Shown: positions 37,008 through 45,172, numbered from the stretch's first letter. The stretch is DNA of 58,475 nt from Solirubrobacteraceae bacterium (GCA_035503355.1 DATJTQ010000179.1:1-58475); one strand, 5' to 3'. The notes: a model not told the origin generated them from the sequence alone. Program-made: numbers and translations.

Positions 37008-40000
37008 GTGATGCCCGCCCCCTTTCCTAGCCCTGACGCGATCGCGCGCGCTGAGTTGCTCACGCACGAGCGCTTCGTCTACGACGGCGAATCGCTTGAG
37101 GAGGCGCTGGCCCCTGGGTCAGCCCGTCGGCGCGCGTTGGACGCAGCCCTCGCCGAGGTCGAGGCCGGTAACAAGACGCCGTCGGTCAACTGGAGGCGCC
37201 AGTTCTCGCTGCTCCTCGGCCTGGAGCGTCTGCTCTCCGAAGAGGAGCCCCATCTCGTCGACGGGACGGTGCTGTCGGCGCATCAGGTCGACGCGCTGTC
37301 GGGCACCCTCACCGCGCTGCTGGCCGAAAGCCAGCCCGCCAACGGCTCCGGGGCCAACGGCGTGGTCCCCGAGGACATCGAGGCGCGCGGTGGCCCCGCG
37401 GTGCTCGACCCCGTCCCCGACGAGGAGCCGGCGGCGTCAGCGGAGAACGGCGACGGCCATGACGACGACGGTGAGGCCGTTGACGACGACGGCGAGCCCG
37501 TCGGCGACGACGGCGAGCCCGTCGGCGAGGACGGCGACCTCGATGTCGACCTCGACGACGATGAGGACGAGGACGAGGCGCCCGACGACGACGAGCCCGA
37601 GGACGAGGAACCTCAGGATTGGCAGGACGAGGCCGATGAGGAGGACGGGCCGATCGAGGAGCAGCCTGAGGATCCCAACGCGGCCCGGCGCTTCTGGTTC
37701 GAGCACGCCACCGGCGCGGGCAAGACCGTCGCCGCGCTGGGCTTCGTCGAGGCCTCGCGCACCGGCGGCGTCCTGATCCTGACCCACCGGCGCAACCTCG
37801 TGGACCAGTTCCACGGCGAGTTGCGCGACCGCGGGTATCGCGACCGGATCGCCGGGCCGCTGCTCGACGGCCAGGACGCGGCCAACGGCCCGGTCACCGT
37901 CGAGACCTACCAGTGGTTCGTGCGTAACGCCGGACGGATCTCCGACGCCTACTCGATCGTCATCTGCGACGAGGCGCACACCGCCCTGGGCGAGAAGACC
38001 TCCGCGGCCATCCGCGCGTGGGCGGGCCCGATCTTCGTCGGCATGACGGCGACCGGTGCGCTCATCGCCCGTCACGTCACCGACCTCTTCCCCACCCAGA
38101 CCAGCCGCTTTGACCTCGCCCAGGCGGCGCGGCGCGGCGTGATCGCGCCCCTGCGCTGCATCCGGATCCCGCCGGGTCCGGGCGTGCGGACCATCGCCAA
38201 GGTGCCGCTGCGCCGCGGCGAGGTGGACACGGAGTTCGACCAGGAGATGCTGGCCCAGCTGCTGGACCAGACCCCGTTCAACCTGGCCATCGCCGACCTC
38301 TACAAGACCCGCTTCAACGGGGTGCCGGGCGTCGTCTACGCCGCGGGCGTCAAGCACGCCTACAACGTGGCCGAGGCGTTCCGCAACCTCGGGATCAAGG
38401 CCAAGGCGGTCTCAGGCGAGACGCCCAAGCGCGAGCTGGCCCGGGTCCTGGCCGACTACGAGTCCGGCAAGATCGACGTCCTCATCAACGCCCAGCTGCT
38501 GGCCGAGGGCTGGAACAGCCCCCGGGCCACGATCTGCATGCACCTGGCGCCGACCGCCTCCAAACGCATCTACCAGCAGCGGGTCGGCCGCGTCACGCGA
38601 CGCCATCCCGGTAAGGAGGCGGGGATCGTCGTCGACTTCGTGCACCCCGCGACCAAGCACGACGACCCCGTGGTCACCCTGCACTCGCTGCTGGACCGCG
38701 ACGTCTACCGCGGCGGCGCGATCGTGGTCGGGCCCGTCCGGCGTGGACGCGGCCGCCGGGTGCGGGTAGAGCGGCGGGTCCTGCCGGTCACGCCCGATGC
38801 CGAGCGGCGGGCCGAGGTCTTCGAGCGCGAGCTGTGGCGGATCGCCGTTGAGCACCTCGACTACGGCGAGCAGCACGTGTGGGCCGCGCTGGCCGGCGCC
38901 CGCGTGGCACCCAACGGGTGGCGGCGCGCCAAGGCGATGCTGCACTTCGACCGCGGCGGGGAGCTCAAGCGCCGCTTCCTGCTCACGGCGGTCCAGCGCA
39001 ACCGCAACGCCCAGCTGCGACTGCGGGCGCTCCAGGAGATCGCCGCCAGCCGCGACGCCGAGGCCTTCGACACCGCGATCGACATCATGGGCACCTGGCC
39101 GCGCGATGAGCGCCGCGAGGGCGTCAAGATCATGCTGCAGGCCCTGGCCGAGCGGCGCATCGGCCGCCGTGACCAGGCCAACGCGTGGATCTGGCGGATG
39201 GCCGAGTACACGCGCGAGGTGCACGAGGAGTACGCCGTCCAGCGCTGGCCCGAGACCAAGCGGCTACTCGGTCTGCTGGTCAACTCGTCGGGCTCGGCGC
39301 ACGCGCGCAACGCCCGGCGGCTGGTGCACGCCAGCCGCAAGGAGGACCGCCGCCTCTCCGCCGCCCTGCTGGCGGCGGCCCTGGCGCACACACCGGAGGC
39401 CGAGGAGGCGCTGCGCGGCGCCCGGACGCGGATGGCCCGCAAGCCCGCCGCCCTGGCCCGCGAGCTGCTGCGTAACTTCCCCAAGGGCCGGCGCAGCGCC
39501 AAGCGCCGCCGGCGCAAGGGGGCGGCCACGGGACCGGAGGCCAACGGCGCCGGCGAGGCGCAGCCGACGACGCTGACCACGGCCGAGACCGACGAACTGG
39601 AGGTCGCCGCCGACGGCGGCGACGACAGCGCGGACGACAGCGCCGAGGACGACGATCGCGAGCCCAAGTCCCGCAAGGCCGACGAGACGCGCGGCGAGGA
39701 CGAGGCGGAGTCCGGCGACGACGAAGCGCCGGCCGCTGAGGAGCGCAAGCCCCGCACGCGGCGTACGCGCCGCAAGCCGCCGTCCGCGCAGCCCGCCGCG
39801 GCGGCCGAGGCCGAACCGGTGGCCGAGGCCCAGACCGAGGCCGAGCCTAAGCCGGCGCCCAAGCGCCGCACCCGCGCCCCCCGCAAGAAGGCCGATCCCA
39901 CGGCCGCGGAGAGCAAGACCGCCGCGGCCGCCGAGGCCGTGGAGGCCGCTGCTGCGGCCGCGGAGGCGGCGAGCGAGGCCTCCGGCACGGAGACGGCCTC

Positions 40001-40079
40001 CGAGGGCACGGTCGATCAGATCAAGCCCAAGCGCCGCACCCGGGCCCGCCCGGCCCAGGACGCCGAAGAGGCGGCGTAG
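37008..40079 (+). CDS. Superfamily 2 DEAH helicase with acidic insert and low-complexity tail
   Basis: LSAHQ Q-motif, ATGAGKT, DEAH, TAT, LAEGWN, QRVGRVTR. Confidence 0.9.
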   Translation: MMPAPFPSPDAIARAELLTHERFVYDGESLEEALAPGSARRRALDAALAEVEAGNKTPSVNWRRQFSLLLGLERLLSEEEPHLVDGTVLSAHQVDALSGTLTALLAESQPANGSGANGVVPEDIEARGGPAVLDPVPDEEPAASAENGDGHDDDGEAVDDDGEPVGDDGEPVGEDGDLDVDLDDDEDEDEAPDDDEPEDEEPQDWQDEADEEDGPIEEQPEDPNAARRFWFEHATGAGKTVAALGFVEASRTGGVLILTHRRNLVDQFHGELRDRGYRDRIAGPLLDGQDAANGPVTVETYQWFVRNAGRISDAYSIVICDEAHTALGEKTSAAIRAWAGPIFVGMTATGALIARHVTDLFPTQTSRFDLAQAARRGVIAPLRCIRIPPGPGVRTIAKVPLRRGEVDTEFDQEMLAQLLDQTPFNLAIADLYKTRFNGVPGVVYAAGVKHAYNVAEAFRNLGIKAKAVSGETPKRELARVLADYESGKIDVLINAQLLAEGWNSPRATICMHLAPTASKRIYQQRVGRVTRRHPGKEAGIVVDFVHPATKHDDPVVTLHSLLDRDVYRGGAIVVGPVRRGRGRRVRVERRVLPVTPDAERRAEVFERELWRIAVEHLDYGEQHVWAALAGARVAPNGWRRAKAMLHFDRGGELKRRFLLTAVQRNRNAQLRLRALQEIAASRDAEAFDTAIDIMGTWPRDERREGVKIMLQALAERRIGRRDQANAWIWRMAEYTREVHEEYAVQRWPETKRLLGLLVNSSGSAHARNARRLVHASRKEDRRLSAALLAAALAHTPEAEEALRGARTRMARKPAALARELLRNFPKGRRSAKRRRRKGAATGPEANGAGEAQPTTLTTAETDELEVAADGGDDSADDSAEDDDREPKSRKADETRGEDEAESGDDEAPAAEERKPRTRRTRRKPPSAQPAAAAEAEPVAEAQTEAEPKPAPKRRTRAPRKKADPTAAESKTAAAAEAVEAAAAAAEAASEASGTETASEGTVDQIKPKRRTRARPAQDAEEAA
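37461..37537 (+). repeat. Imperfect 21-nt tandem repeat (DDDGEAV/DDDGEPV/GDDGEPV) in the helicase acidic insert
   Basis: About 3.5 copies of GACGACGGCGAGCCCGTC-like units. Confidence 0.7.
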
Positions 40080-40086
40080 CGCCCGC

Positions 40087-41502
40087 TCAGGTGGTGGCGG
40101 GGACCGCGAGCTGCGCGGCCGCCGCCGCGAGCTCCTCCGCCGAGGCGGTCACGGTGTCCGCCACCGCCACATGATCCGCCGGTGCGCCCCCGTCGACGGC
40201 TGCCACCACCTCAAGCATCACCTGCACGACCGCGGCGTCGAACTGGGAGCCCGCGTTGGTGATCATCTGCTCGGCCGCCGCGGCGAAGGACATCGCCCCG
40301 CGGTAGGGGCGGTCGGTGCGCATCGCGCTCCAGGAGTCACAACAGGTGATGATGCGCGCCTCCAGCGGGATGGCCGCGCCGGCCAGACCATCGGGATAGC
40401 CGCCACCGTCCCACCGCTCGTGGTGGGCGCGCACGATTGCGCCGACCTCGATCATGAACCCCCCGACGCGGTCGAGCATCCGCTGGCCCTCAGCCGGGTG
40501 GGTCTTGATGATCTCCCATTCGTGCGGGTCCAGCTTGCCCGGCTTGTTGATGATCTCCTTGGGGATGGTGATCTTGCCGACGTCGTGCAGCATCGCGCCG
40601 AACTCGAGGTTGCGCCGGCGCTCCGGATCGAGGCCCAGCGCATCCCCGACGGCCAGGGCCAGGCCGACCACGCCTTCGGAGTGCTCGCCCGTGTAGCCGT
40701 CGTCGGCGGCGATGACATCGCCCAGGAGCAGCGCCGTTCCACGGTAGGTCTCATTGAGCTCCAGCAGCTTGGCGATCCGCTCCTTGCGCTCGTCGGCGAA
40801 CGTGCGGAGCAGTCCGAGCAGCGGCACCACCGCCAGCACCGCGTACGGCGCGACGTGCAGCTCCTCGGCGACGACCAGAGCCACGATCGACAGCCCGGCG
40901 TCGATCCCGTAGACCCACGCGCTGTCCTTGAGCTGCGAGCGCGCGGTGATCCCGGCGGTGACCCGGAAGTAGATGGCCGCCGCGACGAAGTCGCCGGCGA
41001 ACTGGGCTGCCAGCGCCACCAGCAGGAGAACCGCTCCGGCGGCATCAGGCCGGACGTCGGCGATGGCGAACACGAGCGCCGGACCCACGGCAAACCAGGA
41101 GTTGGCCACGCTGCGGATGAGTCGCTCCGGCCCGACCTCGCCCTTGAGCACGCGGACCAGGGTCTGCGTGGCCAGCACCGTGGCCACGGCCAGCGGGACG
41201 TAGGCCATCGGCATGGCGAACAGCAGCGGCACGAACGCGAGCTGGCTGGCGACAGTGAACCCGAACGGCGTCTCGAAGGGGACCCGGACCGCCAGCGACA
41301 TGACGATCATCGCCAGGACCGCGCCCGTGGGGTTCCAGCCCTGCGGGGAGGGCAGCACGAACAACGCCACCACCGCGGCGAGGAAGGCGAGGTCGACCAG
41401 CAGCTCAGTGGCCAGCTCGCTGCGGGCTTTCTTGGCCCCGGCACGGCGACGCGTGTCGGCCAGCATCTGCTGCTCTTCGAGAGTGGGTTCCTTGGTCATC
41501 AT
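40087..41502 (-). CDS. Membrane-bound HD-GYP cyclic dinucleotide phosphodiesterase
   Basis: N-terminal multi-TM domain; YTGEHS, LHDVGK, HHERWDGGGYPDGL, DSWSAMRTDRPYR. Confidence 0.93.
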   Translation of the reverse strand: MMTKEPTLEEQQMLADTRRRAGAKKARSELATELLVDLAFLAAVVALFVLPSPQGWNPTGAVLAMIVMSLAVRVPFETPFGFTVASQLAFVPLLFAMPMAYVPLAVATVLATQTLVRVLKGEVGPERLIRSVANSWFAVGPALVFAIADVRPDAAGAVLLLVALAAQFAGDFVAAAIYFRVTAGITARSQLKDSAWVYGIDAGLSIVALVVAEELHVAPYAVLAVVPLLGLLRTFADERKERIAKLLELNETYRGTALLLGDVIAADDGYTGEHSEGVVGLALAVGDALGLDPERRRNLEFGAMLHDVGKITIPKEIINKPGKLDPHEWEIIKTHPAEGQRMLDRVGGFMIEVGAIVRAHHERWDGGGYPDGLAGAAIPLEARIITCCDSWSAMRTDRPYRGAMSFAAAAEQMITNAGSQFDAAVVQVMLEVVAAVDGGAPADHVAVADTVTASAEELAAAAAQLAVPATT

Positions 41503-41668
41503 GCGGACAGCCTGTGAGTCATCCTGCGCACGCGTATCGGCCGCGAAACCGCCCGCCCTTAGTCATGCGCGTGACAAAGGACGGACCGGCCGTCGGACAT
41601 GCGTCCACCAAACGACTAAAGAAATGAGCATCGCTGTCGAAGGCCCGATGCCCTTTCCGTCAAACGAA

Positions 41669-41742
41669 ACTGAAAAGGGCAAACCTGGCGCGAGCCAGGG
41701 ACGCAAAGCTAGAGGTCTCTCCGAGATAGCTCGGCTGCCAGT
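41669..41742 (+). ncRNA. c-di-GMP-I (GEMM) riboswitch aptamer
   Basis: P1 ACUG/CAGU; GGGCAAACC, stem CCUGGC-GCGA-GCCAGG (GNRA loop), GGGACGCAAAGC, ends GGCUGCC; G20- and C92-equivalents at 41678 and 41738. Confidence 0.92.
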
Positions 41743-41768
41743 GAACACACCACGGAAGGTGCGTACAC

Positions 41769-42395
41769 ATGTTGCAGGGCCTTTTCAGCCGCCATACCCG
41801 TCTCGTGGGTGCCGTCATCTCGGCCCTCGGGATCGCCGTCCTGTCCGGCGCGCCGGCCAAGGCGGCTCTGATCACCACCGACGCTTGTGACAACGCGGCG
41901 CTCTCGCAGCCGTTTGCGCAGTGGAACGACACGAACGAGTACAAGCTCGTCCCGGGTGGCTCGTTCGAGAATGGAGCGTCGGGATGGACACTCACCCACG
42001 GTGCCAGCATCGTGAGCGGGAGTGAGCCCTTCGGCGCCACCGGCTCTGTCGGAGCGTCGTCGGTCAGCCTGTCCGCGGGGGGGTCGGTGACGTCTCCGTT
42101 CACGTGTGTGGACGCGGCGTATCCGATGTTTCGCTTCTTCGCGCACAACACCGGACTGTTGTCGACCGTCCTGGTGTCGGTCGTCTACAAGCCGCTTCTG
42201 GGGATCCCGGTCGCGGTGCCCGTAGGCACGGTGGCCCTCTCTCCCAGCTGGAGCCCATCGGCGCAGATGCTCACCGCGTCGGTGCTGACGGGCCTGCTCA
42301 ACGGGGGCACCACCCAGATGGCCATTCGCTTCACGGCGCTCACCGGGACCTCGCAGATCGACGACGTGTTCGTCGATCCGCGGATGACCCACTGA
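41769..42395 (+). CDS. Secreted hypothetical protein, CBM/jelly-roll-like
   Basis: SD GGAAGG 41754-41759; signal peptide ending AKA-A; GGSFENG..GW near start, IDDVFVDP at end; two Cys. Confidence 0.8.
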   Translation: MLQGLFSRHTRLVGAVISALGIAVLSGAPAKAALITTDACDNAALSQPFAQWNDTNEYKLVPGGSFENGASGWTLTHGASIVSGSEPFGATGSVGASSVSLSAGGSVTSPFTCVDAAYPMFRFFAHNTGLLSTVLVSVVYKPLLGIPVAVPVGTVALSPSWSPSAQMLTASVLTGLLNGGTTQMAIRFTALTGTSQIDDVFVDPRMTH

Positions 42396-42484
42396 TCGCC
42401 CGGAGCACAGACACGCCGGACCCGGGTCCGCGTCACGCCCACTGACGGGCGGGGCGCGGGCCCGACCCGCGCTCTACGCGCGGG

Positions 42485-43540
42485 TCACTCGCACACCACC
42501 AGCTCGGAGGACAGCGTGGTGAGGCGCTCATGGCCCGCTCCCGTGATCACGACCTCGTCCTCGATGCGCACGCCATGACGGCCCGGCAGGTAGACCCCGG
42601 GCTCCACGGTGATCACATGGCCCGCCACCAGGGTCTCGGGCACGCCCTCATCGCAGAACGGCGCCTCGTGCAGCTCCAGGCCGATGCCGTGGCCCACGCC
42701 ATGGGGCAGTCGACCGGCGTGGCCGGCGGCGTCGATCACGGCCGTCGCCGCGCCGTGCACCACGTCGCCCGTCACCCCGGGGCCGAGCCGTTGGAGGGCG
42801 TGCTGCTGCGCCCGGCGCACGACGGCGTGGAGCTCGGCCGCCTCCGCGTCCGGAGGCCCGATCGCCACCGTCCGCGTCATGTCCGAGCGGTAGCCGTCAA
42901 CCACGCAGCCCGCGTCCACCATCACCAGGCCGCCCGGCTCGATGACCGCGTCGGATGCCGTGTGGTGAGCGCTGGCGCTGTGGGGTCCGAAGGCGACAAC
43001 GGTCTCGAAGGCCAGCGCCTCGGCGCCGTGATGCTCGCGCAACCGGCGCTCGATGGCCCACGCCACCTGGCGCTCGGTCATTTGACTCAACCGCTGCCCG
43101 TAGAGCCATTCGAAGGTCGCTTCCAGCGGGACGGCCGCGGCGCGCATCAGCGCGATCTCGGCCGGGCTCTTCACCGCGCGCAGGCTGTCGAGCTCCGCGT
43201 CGGCGCCCACCAGCTCAGGGGTCAGCGCGCTCAACCCGCCGGCGATCTGAGTGAACAGGGCGTGCGTCACCTGCCCGGACTGAAAGCCGATGCGCGCCCC
43301 GGGCGACAGCCGCTCCTGGAGCATCGCCATCGCGCGGCCCCACATGCCCTGCCCGACCAGCACCGGTGCCCAGCCGGCGGCGATCTCCTCCGCCTCGGCG
43401 CTGAACCCCTCGACGCTGACGAAGCAGGCCCACTCGGCGCTCACCAGGACGATGGCGAAAGCATCGCGAGAGAAGCCGGTCAGATAGTGAATCGCCGTCG
43501 GATCGGTGACGATGAGCGCATCGAGCCCCGCGTCGCGCAC
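42485..43540 (-). CDS. Xaa-Pro aminopeptidase (M24B)
   Basis: DAGCVVDGYRSDMTRT, HGVGHGIGLELHE, TVEPG, GVRIED metal ligands; true start may be upstream (CTG 43594/43588). Confidence 0.92.
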   Translation of the reverse strand: MRDAGLDALIVTDPTAIHYLTGFSRDAFAIVLVSAEWACFVSVEGFSAEAEEIAAGWAPVLVGQGMWGRAMAMLQERLSPGARIGFQSGQVTHALFTQIAGGLSALTPELVGADAELDSLRAVKSPAEIALMRAAAVPLEATFEWLYGQRLSQMTERQVAWAIERRLREHHGAEALAFETVVAFGPHSASAHHTASDAVIEPGGLVMVDAGCVVDGYRSDMTRTVAIGPPDAEAAELHAVVRRAQQHALQRLGPGVTGDVVHGAATAVIDAAGHAGRLPHGVGHGIGLELHEAPFCDEGVPETLVAGHVITVEPGVYLPGRHGVRIEDEVVITGAGHERLTTLSSELVVCE

Positions 43541-43574
43541 GCGACGCTGGAGCGCAACGCGTCGCGACGGGCCC

Positions 43575-44843
43575 TCAGTGCGCGCCAGCGACAGCCTGCT
43601 CCACCTCCAGCGGGGCGACCGCGCGCAGCCGCGGCTCGGCGTCCGGCAGGGCCTCGCGCTCGTGAGGCCTGAAGGCGAGCATGGCCACGAATGTCACCAC
43701 AAACAGCGCCACGCCGCCCGCCGCAAACACGGCGCGGCTTCCGAGCGGTGAGACGAGAAGTCCTCCGGCCACGAAGGCCACCAGCAAGCCGACATTCGCT
43801 GCCGTGTCCCGCAGGCCCAGGACGCTTCCCAGCACCGAGCTCGGTGTGAGTTCCTGGAACAGGCGCATCCCGAATGAACAGACGAACGCGTTGCCGACGC
43901 CGGTGACCGCGAACGTCGCTCCCGCCACGGCAAGGTTCGGCGCGGCGGCCGTCGCGATCATCCCGGCCGCGGTCAGCGCGTTACCGGTGAGCCACAGGCC
44001 GCGCAGTTGCCCCACGCGGGTGCCACCGCGACCCGAGAGCAGCGAGCCGGAGAACATGCCGCAGCCGTACAGGCCCACCAGCACCGCGAAGCCGGCCCGG
44101 CCGGCGTGCAGTGGCCCCGTGGCCAGGATCGGCTCGGCGATGTTGATCACCGCCGCGGCGAACATCGAGACGGCTCCGATCACCAGCAGCGCCATCACGC
44201 CGGGAGCCTGCCGGGCGGCGGCGACCCCGCCGCGTGTGGCCTCCCACAGCGTCTGTCCTCCGTCGCCGCTCGCCTCGCGGCTGGCGCCGCCCAGCGGCAG
44301 TCGGGCGATGAGCGCCGCAGCCACGAGGAAGGTGACGCCGTTGACGGCGAGCACCAACGCCGGCGTGCTGAACAGCAGCACGAGCGCGGTCAGCGCCGGT
44401 CCCGCGGTCATGCCAACGGTGAAGATCATTCCGTAGAGCGCGGTCGCGGCTGATCGCTCGTCCTCGGCGACCAGCTCGGGGAGTGCCGCGCCGAGAGCAG
44501 GGCGCAGCATGGTGGAGCCGACGCCGGCCAGCAGCGCGAAGGCGACGGTGGCCGGGAAGGAGGCGATGAACGCCAGGCCCAGGAAGGCCGCCGCGCTGAC
44601 GAGCTGACCGGCGACCACCACCCGCGCGCGGGGCAGACGATCAGCCAGCGCGCCAAACGGGGCTGCCAGCACGATCCCGGGCACCACGTCCGCGAGCAGG
44701 ACGAGCGCGATCGCCCAGCTCTGGTGCAGCCGCTGATAGGCGATCAGCAGAAGCGCGACATAGGCAGCGCCGGTCCCGAGCTGGGACTGGAGGTGGGCAA
44801 GAAAGAAACGGCGAGGGTACGGCCGGCCAAGCAGAGAGATCAT
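43575..44843 (-). CDS. MFS transporter (DHA3/macrolide-efflux-like)
   Basis: ~12 TM; motif A GALADRLPRAR; ALPELVAEDER. Confidence 0.9.
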   Translation of the reverse strand: MISLLGRPYPRRFFLAHLQSQLGTGAAYVALLLIAYQRLHQSWAIALVLLADVVPGIVLAAPFGALADRLPRARVVVAGQLVSAAAFLGLAFIASFPATVAFALLAGVGSTMLRPALGAALPELVAEDERSAATALYGMIFTVGMTAGPALTALVLLFSTPALVLAVNGVTFLVAAALIARLPLGGASREASGDGGQTLWEATRGGVAAARQAPGVMALLVIGAVSMFAAAVINIAEPILATGPLHAGRAGFAVLVGLYGCGMFSGSLLSGRGGTRVGQLRGLWLTGNALTAAGMIATAAAPNLAVAGATFAVTGVGNAFVCSFGMRLFQELTPSSVLGSVLGLRDTAANVGLLVAFVAGGLLVSPLGSRAVFAAGGVALFVVTFVAMLAFRPHEREALPDAEPRLRAVAPLEVEQAVAGAH

Positions 44844-44850
44844 GGTTCAG

Positions 44851-44920
44851 AGCGGGGAGCGGGGAGCGGGGAGCGGGGAGCGGGGAGCGGGGAGCGGGGA
44901 GCAGGGAGCGGGGAGCGAGA
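44851..44920. repeat. Heptamer tandem repeat (AGCGGGG)x9 plus partial copy
   Basis: 7 perfect units, one AGCAGGG, one perfect, then AGCGAGA. Confidence 0.97.
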
Positions 44921-44937
44921 TGGCGGGACGGATGCGG

Positions 44938-44971
44938 GCTTGGTCACCGACCGCACGGCCGGCAACCAAGC
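44938..44971 (-). terminator. 15-bp hairpin after the small peptide ORF (terminator/attenuator/processing stem)
   Basis: GCUUGGUUGCCGGCC-GUGC-GGUCGGUGACCAAGC with 3 G-U pairs valid only on the minus strand; no U-tract. Confidence 0.6.
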
Positions 44972-44984
44972 TCGCGGCGGCTAT

Positions 44985-45032
44985 CTAGTAGCGCATGTTC
45001 GGGGAGCTCACGACAACGGGCTCGAGCAGCAT
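44985..45032 (-). CDS. Unannotated 15-aa peptide MLLEPVVVSSPNMRY
   Basis: Purine-rich SD AGGAAAGGAAG just upstream of ATG; TAG stop followed by hairpin; too short for the ORF track. Confidence 0.6.
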   Translation of the reverse strand: MLLEPVVVSSPNMRY

Positions 45033-45136
45033 GGCCGCTTCCTTTCCTGGATGGTTGACACCGTTACGCGCCACGGTCGACATCGAACCGGGCGCAGCCC
45101 CTTCTAACCCCTATAGCCCCCTATAAGGCGACGGGC

Positions 45137-45172
45137 AACATACCCGTCACACTCACTAACGGTCAATAGTGA
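45137..45172 (-). promoter_or_regulatory. Putative sigma70-type promoter with overlapping inverted repeats
   Basis: TTGACC (45166-45161)-18 nt-TATGTT (45142-45137); TCACTA-N8-TAGTGA spans the -35. Confidence 0.5.

Noticed and set aside
37008-40079. Helicase as a restriction or anti-phage defence subunit
   Set aside because: No nuclease motif, DNA methylase or defence neighbours seen.
44851-44920. Repeat as a CRISPR array
   Set aside because: Contiguous 7-nt units with no spacers and no cas genes in the window.
44985-44996. Internal MRY as a biarylitide precursor
   Set aside because: Biarylitide precursors are MxYxH pentapeptides next to a P450; here a stop follows Tyr and no P450 is present.
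45076-45095. GGUUCGA (minus strand) as a tRNA T-loop
   Set aside because: No cloverleaf or acceptor stem can be built.
44724-45107. + strand ORF with GSGERGA repeats
   Set aside because: Translation of the DNA repeat, antisense to the MFS; SD and G-U pairing favour the minus strand.
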